NCBI GenBank assembly: GCA_965644315.1
Contig: CBFFRQ010000170.1
Coordinates: 1 to 33,327, forward strand
Source of the DNA: Caecitellus pseudoparvulus
Taxonomy: Eukaryota > Protista > Bigyra: Bicosoecida
Direction of reading: 5' to 3'
Length of the DNA stretch: 33,327 bases
The notes beneath the pieces were generated by a model. It was not told where the DNA came from and searched no databases. It was given only the letters and a program-made list of their open reading frames with translations. Positions 1-8,332 of this stretch are shown one piece after another; position 1 is the stretch's first letter, and each line of letters opens with the position of its first letter. Made by a program: the position numbers and the translations under genes.

Positions 1-1216
1 TAACCCTAACCCTAACCCTAACCCTAACCCTAACCCTAACCCTAACCCTAACCCTAACCCTAACCCTAACCCTAACCCTAACCCTAACCCTAACCCTAAC
101 CCTAACCCTAACCCTAACCCTAACCCTAACCCTAACCCTAACCCTAACCCTAACCCTAACCCTAACCCTAACCCTAACCCTAACCCTAACCCTAACCCTA
201 ACCCTAACCCTAACCCTAACCCTAACCCTAACCCTAACCCTAACCCTAACCCTAACCCTAACCCTAACCCTAACCCTAACCCTAACCCTAACCCTAACCC
301 TAACCCTAACCCTAACCCTAACCCTAACCCTAACCCTAACCCTAACCCTAACCCTAACCCTAACCCTAACCCTAACCCTAACCCTAACCCTAACCCTAAC
401 CCTAACCCTAACCCTAACCCTAACCCTAACCCTAACCCTAACCCTAACCCTAACCCTAACCCTAACCCTAACCCTAACCCTAACCCTAACCCTAACCCTA
501 ACCCTAACCCTAACCCTAACCCTAACCCTAACCCTAACCCTAACCCTAACCCTAACCCTAACCCTAACCCTAACCCTAACCCTAACCCTAACCCTAACCC
601 TAACCCTAACCCTAACCCTAACCCTAACCCTAACCCTAACCCTAACCCTAACCCTAACCCTAACCCTAACCCTAACCCTAACCCTAACCCTAACCCTAAC
701 CCTAACCCTAACCCTAACCCTAACCCTAACCCTAACCCTAACCCTAACCCTAACCCTAACCCTAACCCTAACCCTAACCCTAACCCTAACCCTAACCCTA
801 ACCCTAACCCTAACCCTAACCCTAACCCTAACCCTAACCCTAACCCTAACCCTAACCCTAACCCTAACCCTAACCCTAACCCTAACCCTAACCCTAACCC
901 TAACCCTAACCCTAACCCTAACCCTAACCCTAACCCTAACCCTAACCCTAACCCTAACCCTAACCCTAACCCTAACCCTAACCCTAACCCTAACCCTAAC
1001 CCTAACCCTAACCCTAACCCTAACCCTAACCCTAACCCTAACCCTAACCCTAACCCTAACCCTAACCCTAACCCTAACCCTAACCCTAACCCTAACCCTA
1101 ACCCTAACCCTAACCCTAACCCTAACCCTAACCCTAACCCTAACCCTAACCCTAACCCTAACCCTAACCCTAACCCTAACCCTAACCCTAACCCTAACCC
1201 TAACCCTAACCCTAAC
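1..1216 (+). repeat. Terminal telomere array (TAACCC)n, about 202 units (C-rich strand of a left chromosome end)
   Basis: Uninterrupted TAACCC from base 1 to ...CCTAAC at 1216, then an abrupt switch to unique sequence (TTTCCAAATG). Confidence 0.99.
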
Positions 1217-1397
1217 TTTCCAAATGTCAAGCTAATCACAAGTTGTGAAGTGCTAACATTGCCTAATCCAGGCGCTCGTGCACCCAAGTGTGGTGTTGCA
1301 CAGTGCTTGCTGGTTGGGTGGTGCGCACCGGGGCGGGGTAGTGCGAATTCCGCACACCATCGCACCGTGGCTCCCAGTTTGCGCCCTCGGTCGGGGC

Positions 1398-3524
1398 ATG
1401 CACCTGGGATCGACATCAAAAGCATCATTGACAAGCATCATGAACGCCCAAGTGGATCAAGTCCTGGGGGTCCTCTTCGTGGAGGGGTGCCTGAAGCGCA
1501 AGCAAGTGCTCGGCCCCAGAACAGGTGTCTTCACTGACATGCCACGTCGGGGTGCCGCACGCACCTTCGAGCTTGGAGGACCCCTGCCCAAGACTGATCA
1601 TGATAGTTCATCTTCGGCACGGGACATGTGGCTCGAGGTCTATGGGGAAGCCGCCGAACGGCTGATCCCAGGGCTGAGTGCGGAATTCGGCAACGCCAAT
1701 GCGGCCCTGCGCCAGGGACCCACCGGATCGCCAACCATCCTCGTCACGCTCGGAAGTGAGGGTGATTCACCAACAGTGGCACGTCAACTTCGCATTCTTG
1801 CTGCTCAAGAGGACGACTTCGCCATTCGAGTCGGCCAAGGTGGGTTCGTCGCCGTGGCCTACACCAACACCAAGCAGTTCGCATCGGCGAAGGCGAAAGT
1901 GAAGGTGAAGGCCCACCCCACCGCCATCCAAGTGGCCCACCAAGTGACCAAGGAAGCAACCGAAATCGCCTGCCAGTCAGGTGATGTTGCCAAGGTCATG
2001 TGCCTCGTTAGGTCCCACTTCGACCATGGCCCCGTGCCAGCCCAAGCCGTCCGTCCCAGTGTCAGACAATCCGTCCCCTCCGAGGGTGATGCACCTGTCG
2101 ACACCAAGACACCATCGACCTGGACTGACACTCAGCTCGACAAGGCACCGAAGAAGAAGAAGACCCGTCGAGGCAAGCGAGGAAAGGGCAAGTCAGCCGG
2201 ACGATCCCTCACCTTCGAGGACGTCTTCATCAAGAACGTCCGGCCACCTGCACCTCGACCAACCTCACCACCTGCCACCCAAGGCTCACCCAAAGATACC
2301 GTCACCACCCCTGTGGTGCATGCCATGTTGCCTTCATCAAGGGTGCAGCGGGGCGTCGACCGCAAGTGGCCGTCCCCCACCCCGTCGGGCGAGGCAAGCC
2401 CCGAGGTGCACCGGTATCGGCCGTCTGCAGCAGCAGCATGGGAGGTGATCACAAGGGTGGTGCCTCTTCATGACAGTGTGCGGACACCCGAGCACCTGGC
2501 CGAGTACCCCATCAAGCCTGGCCCTCTGGCCGACCTGCTGTCATCGACCCACGTGTACTCTAACGTGGGGGGGCGGGCCTGTGTCCAGGCCTGTCTCGAG
2601 ACGGCAGCAGGGGAGAGGGTCTTCGAGGCTGGGGACCTCCTCCTACTCCAGCATGCAGCCACCATCAACGCTGCCCAGCTTGCCTTCAAGCACATGGTCA
2701 GGCAGCTGGAGGGGGTGGTCAGTGACTCGTCCAGCTCGGACATCATGGACGTCGGCCAGAAGCCACCCTCCCCCTTCCGCTCAGACGGGCAACGGGTGGC
2801 CGTCTTCCGCAACATGCTGCACCAGCACTCGCCGGATGACACCTTCCTGGCCCCAGGTACACCACCAGTCCTGCTTCCCGGCCTGCACCTGCTCATCGAC
2901 CGCATCAACCAAGGGTACCGTGCCCCAGCCGGGCATGATGACCTTGGCCAGGCCGGCGTCGACCCCAGCCAGGTTGATGAAGAGGGTGACCAAGAGGGGC
3001 ACCTCGACGGAGTGCTGTATGCCTTCGCACTTCGAGAGGTGTGGACCGACAACACGGCCCATCTGCAGCTCATCCTCGTCGACCATGATCGAGGCAAGCT
3101 GGTGCTGTGGAACCCCGACATCCCTGACCTCCATGACGAGCTGCCCCTGCACAAGTGCATGACCCGGCTGGCAGCCGAAGGCATCAACGTCTTGTACCGG
3201 ATCTGGACCACACCCGAGGCGGGCAGTCCAGCACCCTTCCGGGACAGGCTTCGAGGGGCACTCCAGTCTCTCCGAGATGACTTCCCCCCCCTGCCTCACA
3301 AGGCCACCGACGGCACCGTGCACCCCCAGACCCTCATCGCTGGCAAGGGCACAAGGGTGGCCATGCCTCATGGGCGGATGACCCGACAGCAGGCCGCCAC
3401 CCTGGAGGCTGAGGTCAAGGACCCCCTCAAGCGGCTGGTGCCTGAAGACGGCGAGGGTCGCCTGCCCAAGGTCAAGGATGTGCCCCACATCTCGATCGGG
3501 CAGATGGGTGGACGCCTGATGTAA
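1398..3524 (+). CDS. ORF-A, about 708 aa from the first ATG: ORF1/Gag-like protein with a possible RRM, a basic motif, a Pro/Ser/Thr linker and a candidate papain-fold cysteine protease
   Basis: The frame is open from 1257 to 3524. It contains RNP1-like GFVAVAY (1842-1862), KKKKTRRGKRGK (~2151-2186), GGRACVQACL (Cys at 2580) and AHLQLILVDHDRGKLVLWNPD (His 3060, Asn 3111). The ORF itself is solid; the product call is tentative. Confidence 0.7.
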   Translation: MHLGSTSKASLTSIMNAQVDQVLGVLFVEGCLKRKQVLGPRTGVFTDMPRRGAARTFELGGPLPKTDHDSSSSARDMWLEVYGEAAERLIPGLSAEFGNANAALRQGPTGSPTILVTLGSEGDSPTVARQLRILAAQEDDFAIRVGQGGFVAVAYTNTKQFASAKAKVKVKAHPTAIQVAHQVTKEATEIACQSGDVAKVMCLVRSHFDHGPVPAQAVRPSVRQSVPSEGDAPVDTKTPSTWTDTQLDKAPKKKKTRRGKRGKGKSAGRSLTFEDVFIKNVRPPAPRPTSPPATQGSPKDTVTTPVVHAMLPSSRVQRGVDRKWPSPTPSGEASPEVHRYRPSAAAAWEVITRVVPLHDSVRTPEHLAEYPIKPGPLADLLSSTHVYSNVGGRACVQACLETAAGERVFEAGDLLLLQHAATINAAQLAFKHMVRQLEGVVSDSSSSDIMDVGQKPPSPFRSDGQRVAVFRNMLHQHSPDDTFLAPGTPPVLLPGLHLLIDRINQGYRAPAGHDDLGQAGVDPSQVDEEGDQEGHLDGVLYAFALREVWTDNTAHLQLILVDHDRGKLVLWNPDIPDLHDELPLHKCMTRLAAEGINVLYRIWTTPEAGSPAPFRDRLRGALQSLRDDFPPLPHKATDGTVHPQTLIAGKGTRVAMPHGRMTRQQAATLEAEVKDPLKRLVPEDGEGRLPKVKDVPHISIGQMGGRLM

Positions 3525-4064
3525 GTCACCTGTGGGGGCATACTCCCTGTGCCACACATGACTGAAGCTTTGTGTCGCGACCGACGCACATAGCTGACAT
3601 CGGACATTGGAAAGTCCAACCCAACCTCACCATCACCAACCCAACATCGATACCAACACATCAGGACTCGGCTCAGTGGAAGGGGAAGGCACTTGCAGCA
3701 AGATCTGTGAGGCCGCCCCCAAACCTGAGCCGAAGGGACAGCCGGGCTGGGTCGTGTGCTTGCATCTCAGCAACACCCAGTCCGTGTCGAGTCCATATCC
3801 TCCAGCCCACACCGCCACCCAAGCCAAGCAAGTCGGGTCTCCACCCCTGGACATCGGACCGAGACGGACGAGACTGGACTGGACGGACAAGACAAGAGTG
3901 GACCGAGACCTGGACCTACACCTCAAGACCATCCCACCGGGGCGGGCGCTGAAGCGCCAAGACAGACGGCGACTTATACAACGGACACGAGTCTGTGCTA
4001 GTCGCAAAGCCGTGCAAGCGGTGCCGTCGTGGTGTCTGTGTCACTGCATTCTGTTGTGGCGCAG
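3521..4064 (+). other. Candidate GT-AG intron extending ORF-A to the interstitial telomeric tract
   Basis: The ORF-A stop lies inside a perfect donor (AT|GTAAGT). Acceptor TTCTGTTGTGGCGCAG|G at 4064 leads into a frame that stays open to the first telomeric TAA (4141-4143). Confidence 0.35.
3848..3916 (+). repeat. Degenerate 4-6 bp (GGAC/AGAC)-core microsatellite
   Basis: ggacc gagac ggac gagac tggac tggac ggac aagac aagag tggac cgagac ctggac. Confidence 0.7.
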
Positions 4065-4139
4065 GTGGCACCACATGTCCAAGCCCAAGCTGTACCATGA
4101 TGTAGCCTGCATGGAGGCAATCTGCAATGCATTGAGTAG

Positions 4140-4158
4140 CTAACCCTAACCCTAACCC
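4140..4158 (+). repeat. Interstitial telomeric tract C(TAACCC)3, in the same orientation as the terminal array
   Basis: agtagC TAACCC TAACCC TAACCC aactgg. Confidence 0.95.
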
Positions 4159-7100
4159 AACTGGCATACTGCCCAACGCAAGAAACCTGTTGCCGATCCT
4201 GACACCAAGCTGCCTCACAGGCAGGAAGTGTGGCAGCAGCTCTTTGATGCTGTCCATCGCCTCAAGCGCACACACATGGTTGTCCTTCTTGGTGACCTAA
4301 ACTGCCACCCTGGAGATAACGGCATGAGATGCTGGACATCAGACATGTGGGTTAACACGACGGAAATCAAAGACCCAACCCCCGATGTAAGTCAACTCGA
4401 AGAGATCTGCCTTGAAGGAGGTCTGTGCCCTGCTGGCCTTGCAGGAAGCCCAACCCAAGCAAGGTACGGTAGGGTGCTTGACCATATACTCGTCAGTCTT
4501 GATCTACGCAAAGTGCTTTGCCGGCCTCTGCTTGTGACTACAACCTTCTCTGGGCATGGGCAGCGACGGTCTGGCACGCGAGTTTTCAGTGACCATCACC
4601 TGCTCAGCACCGAGGTTCGGGTGAAGCTTGGTACACGATCTCACGCAAGAGCGCCACCAGCACGACAGGCAGCAGCTCCACCCTGGTGGTCAGCAGCAAC
4701 TGAGGAGGGGAAGGCGGCGCAGCAGACTTTCAGGACATGCCTCGATGAGGCTACGAGGATGGAAGAGGCACAGCATCCCCCCACCTCTGCCTGGACTCTA
4801 CAGTGCATGAACACTGCGATTGCCCAAGCTGCGAAAGAAGCTCACGCAATCTCAAGAGTGCCCCGGACTGAGCTCCCACAACCGCAAACCGCCATCCAAA
4901 CCCAAAGTCGAGTAAAGAAGCGCATGACAGCGCGAGTGTCGCAAATCAAAAGAACTCGAGAGCGGGTCAAGCGGCGTCTAGTGCTGATCCAATCTGGAGG
5001 AGCGATGGCCCCAGCCTCTCTCAAACTCCAAGTACAGGAGCAACTCTCAATGCTGGACGAAGATGAGAGCAGCTGCCTGAGGGAGAGAAAGACAGCAATG
5101 CGCACCTGCACCCGACTCACTGCCAAGCTGAGGAAGAAGACCCTTGCTTGTGTCAAAGCACGCATCAAAGACCTGGCTAAGTCTGACCCCTTCAAAGCTC
5201 ATGTACACATCCGCCGGCTTTCAGGGAGGCCGCGCAACTCGGGCAGCACGGCAATATCTTCAGTCATGACAGACACAGGATTCCTCAGCTCAGATCCTGA
5301 CACACTACGTCAAGAGGTGGCGAAACAAATGGGTGCCATCATCAGCAAACCTACTCTCCCTCGCACACCACTGAAGTATGGACTTGGTCGATTCCTTCCT
5401 TCATCAACTCCGGAGTTCCAGCCCCCAGAAGACTGGCTTCCAAACACATCAGAGGTTCTCAGCTGTATAACTGCACTGAGCCTGCACCGCCACCCCGGCT
5501 CAGGAAAGTTTCAGGCGGAGCATATCAAATACGCAAGCACACCCTTTCGCCTTGCATATGCTCAGACCTTGATCAACTCCCTGTCAAGCGGAACGTGCCC
5601 TGAACTGTACCATGATGGAATAGGTACCCTGATCCCGAAGAAGACGAGCGAGGTGGGCCGGCCGGCATCCTACAGACTGATTGTCTGCAGGCCAGCCCCT
5701 GCAAAATTATTCTTCTCAGCAGTGGCGGCCTCCCTGGAAAAGTGGATGTCCAGCTGGATATCTCCTGAGCAGGCAGGCTTCACAGCCCGACGCAACACTC
5801 ACGAACAAGTCATCGCTCTCCAAGAAGCAGTCAAAGGGCATTTGCGACACTCACCTTCAACTCGACAAGTCCTTATCTTGTTTGTTGATTTCAAAGGGGC
5901 GTTTGACTCGGTCAGCCACTCTTGCATCACGGAGATCCTCAGAGATGCAAAAGTCCCTGCTCCGCTTCTCAATCTGGTCAACAGCTACATGCACAAAGCT
6001 ACCGTCTCCATCAACACGGCCGCAGGACTCTGCCCCCCCCTGCGTGTCACAACGGGTGTTCCCCAAGGGGGTGCTCTTTCACCACTGCTCTTCAAGATTG
6101 CAATCGACGTTGTCTCAAAGCGCCTGGCAGAACTCCCGCAACAAGGGGTCCAAGGCACAGGTATCTCAACTCCTGACGGATACCTCACACACACGTTGTA
6201 TGCAGACGACTTGGCGTGCTTAGCTACCACCCCATCAGGACTGCATCGAATGTTCAAAGAGGTCAAGACAATTGGAGAACGATCAGGGTTGCTGATCAAC
6301 CCCAAGAAGTGTGGGGTGATGATCATCCCTGGTCGTGATGGGACCTCATCACAACACACCAGCGACAGACAGAAGGCCCTGTGGAGGTCGAAGCACCTGA
6401 GAAGTGGTGAAGAGCTGAAAGTGAACGGCACGCCCATCACACGAACTCCCACGTACATGTACCTTGGAGTCCCCATGGCTGAGAACCTCATCCGGTCCAG
6501 AGCACTTGCACTTGAGAAGGCGCAGATGGCCTGCACACATGCTGGGTTCTCCTGTGGAGCGGTCTTCTCAGGGGCATGGTTAGGAGTGAAGCTGAAGAAC
6601 CAGATTGGAAGAGCTATTATCACATCCTCAGCCGACTATGTCCTGTGCACACAAGCCAACAGCCTCTTGATACCTCTGCGACAAGTTGACCGGGGTGTGT
6701 CAAAAGCCCTGAGCAAGAGCCTCCTCTGCACACAGAGCTCACTCATGAGGCCACACAGTGCCGCAACACTCACCCTGTGCGGTATCAAGCCAGCCCACAT
6801 CAGGTCAACCCAGCTCCGTGTGAACCTCTTCCGAAAGATGCTAGCACGCCTCCACGATCGCTCTCCCTTGGCAAAGTCCCTCCTCCTCACCATTCCTCAA
6901 GCCATAGACATGCTACCACCAAGCATCTCGACCGCGTTCGTTGTCCAAAGCACTGTACAACTGCAGCACCACCAAGCCAAACAAACGCCACTACCTTGGG
7001 CATTGTTTGGGATCCTTGACCTGTGGATGTATGGATGTTTACCCGATCTGAACGATCTGAAAGATGCATGCCTGGCAGAGGATTCACGAAAGCAGCAAGC

Positions 7101-8310
7101 ACTCACAGCAGTTCTTACATGCCTGAAGAAGCCTCCACACTCTGCGAAGATCGAGGTGATGGGCGTTGCGATGCCACCCCTGGCAACTATGGACACCCCT
7201 CCACAGTTTCAGTCACTCACATCTTGGCAGACTCGACATCGTGTGGTTGCCTCCTACCTGCATGTGGTGCAAGCCAAGCAAAGCACAGCTGCCGGCTACT
7301 CCACATCGTCAAGACTCCCAAGTATCATCAAACCACGCCCTCATCATGTTGGCATCGGAGCACAACACTTCACAATGTTGCACCCAATCCCATCTGGAGT
7401 CAGTCCACTTTTATGGGCATGTGCCGAGGACAAGCCTCTCTGCAACATGGTCCACCAGTGGCAAACACTCCAGCTCTTGCACGGTGGAGACGAGCCTACA
7501 GCGTACCCGACCTGCCCTCTGTGTGCTGATGAAGTCCCTGCAGACCTCCACCGCCACATCATTCTGCACTGCCACGAGCTCAACACGCGAAGGCAAGCAA
7601 CACTCTCGACCCTTGCTGATCTCCTCCGAGACTGCGAGCAGCAAGCACAAGCTGCCTCGGCAACAGTGCAGCCCCCACCTCAAGCCGTCTGTAGTGCTAT
7701 CCGTGACTGCCTCCACTACACGCATGTACCAGACCATCATGCTGACACTATATACCGCCTCATACTCTGCGGCCAATGGCCATGGTACTGGGGACGGAGT
7801 GCTTCAAACCAACAGGTATCCAAGGAGGAGGCCAGTGTGTACAGCTTCCCATATGTCCTTCACCACAAAGGCGCAAAGAGAATATCACCACCTCGTGCTT
7901 GGAAAGAGCTCCAATGTGAAGCTGCGAAATTTGCTGGGCAAGCATGGCGTGCGGTTGTGTCAGCCCTTCTGCGAGACAGACACCCTGACAGGCTCTCCAT
8001 ACACACCCACGCCAGACATCTGTGGTGGTCAATCTTCGGACGCGATGCGCCGTTCCCTGGACACACAACTGCTGAGCCATCTGCGGTCATGAAGCAAACC
8101 CGAGCACCCAAAGCAGCAAGAATCCGGCGGTTCTTCCCGGCTCGAGCAGGACAGGTCCCATCACATGAAGGAAGGGTTCAACGGACACTTCATGACATAC
8201 TCCAAAGAAGACGAAAACAACTAGACGACGATGTGCACTCACATCCTCCCTCCCTCTACTCTCCCTCCGGAAAGTCATCATCCCCCACATCCCCTCCACC
8301 ATCTGCCTAG
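4159..8310 (+). CDS. LINE ORF2: C-terminal half of APE endonuclease, reverse transcriptase and CCHC zinc knuckle (N-terminally truncated; first ATG at 4276)
   Basis: APE motifs VVLLGDLN (GDLN 4291-4302), LDHILVS and SDH (4588-4596). RT motifs LIPKK, YRLI, QAGF, FVDFKGAFDSV, GVPQGGALSPLLF, YADD (6199-6210), GLLINPKKC and YLGV. Knuckle C-x2-C-x10-H-x4-C at 7513-7572. No stop codon over 4.15 kb. Confidence 0.95.
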   Translation, partial: NWHTAQRKKPVADPDTKLPHRQEVWQQLFDAVHRLKRTHMVVLLGDLNCHPGDNGMRCWTSDMWVNTTEIKDPTPDVSQLEEICLEGGLCPAGLAGSPTQARYGRVLDHILVSLDLRKVLCRPLLVTTTFSGHGQRRSGTRVFSDHHLLSTEVRVKLGTRSHARAPPARQAAAPPWWSAATEEGKAAQQTFRTCLDEATRMEEAQHPPTSAWTLQCMNTAIAQAAKEAHAISRVPRTELPQPQTAIQTQSRVKKRMTARVSQIKRTRERVKRRLVLIQSGGAMAPASLKLQVQEQLSMLDEDESSCLRERKTAMRTCTRLTAKLRKKTLACVKARIKDLAKSDPFKAHVHIRRLSGRPRNSGSTAISSVMTDTGFLSSDPDTLRQEVAKQMGAIISKPTLPRTPLKYGLGRFLPSSTPEFQPPEDWLPNTSEVLSCITALSLHRHPGSGKFQAEHIKYASTPFRLAYAQTLINSLSSGTCPELYHDGIGTLIPKKTSEVGRPASYRLIVCRPAPAKLFFSAVAASLEKWMSSWISPEQAGFTARRNTHEQVIALQEAVKGHLRHSPSTRQVLILFVDFKGAFDSVSHSCITEILRDAKVPAPLLNLVNSYMHKATVSINTAAGLCPPLRVTTGVPQGGALSPLLFKIAIDVVSKRLAELPQQGVQGTGISTPDGYLTHTLYADDLACLATTPSGLHRMFKEVKTIGERSGLLINPKKCGVMIIPGRDGTSSQHTSDRQKALWRSKHLRSGEELKVNGTPITRTPTYMYLGVPMAENLIRSRALALEKAQMACTHAGFSCGAVFSGAWLGVKLKNQIGRAIITSSADYVLCTQANSLLIPLRQVDRGVSKALSKSLLCTQSSLMRPHSAATLTLCGIKPAHIRSTQLRVNLFRKMLARLHDRSPLAKSLLLTIPQAIDMLPPSISTAFVVQSTVQLQHHQAKQTPLPWALFGILDLWMYGCLPDLNDLKDACLAEDSRKQQALTAVLTCLKKPPHSAKIEVMGVAMPPLATMDTPPQFQSLTSWQTRHRVVASYLHVVQAKQSTAAGYSTSSRLPSIIKPRPHHVGIGAQHFTMLHPIPSGVSPLLWACAEDKPLCNMVHQWQTLQLLHGGDEPTAYPTCPLCADEVPADLHRHIILHCHELNTRRQATLSTLADLLRDCEQQAQAASATVQPPPQAVCSAIRDCLHYTHVPDHHADTIYRLILCGQWPWYWGRSASNQQVSKEEASVYSFPYVLHHKGAKRISPPRAWKELQCEAAKFAGQAWRAVVSALLRDRHPDRLSIHTHARHLWWSIFGRDAPFPGHTTAEPSAVMKQTRAPKAARIRRFFPARAGQVPSHEGRVQRTLHDILQRRRKQLDDDVHSHPPSLYSPSGKSSSPTSPPPSA

Positions 8311-8332
8311 CCTGCACAAGCATTAGCAAGCC

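Larger units (their letters stand above)
1217..4140 (+). mobile_element. Telomere-embedded cassette bounded by telomeric repeats on both sides; candidate non-autonomous (RT-less) telomeric retroelement
   Basis: Flanked by (TAACCC)~202 and (TAACCC)3. It has one long ORF with its 5' end toward the telomere and no RT motifs. Mobility is inferred, not shown. Confidence 0.5.

Noticed and set aside
3607-4227. ORF 3607-4143 is in the same frame as ORF2, so it might be the missing APE N-terminus, with TAA read as Gln
   Set aside because: It has no APE N-terminal motifs. The multi-kb ORFs in the window contain no in-frame TAA or TAG, which argues against stop-codon reassignment.
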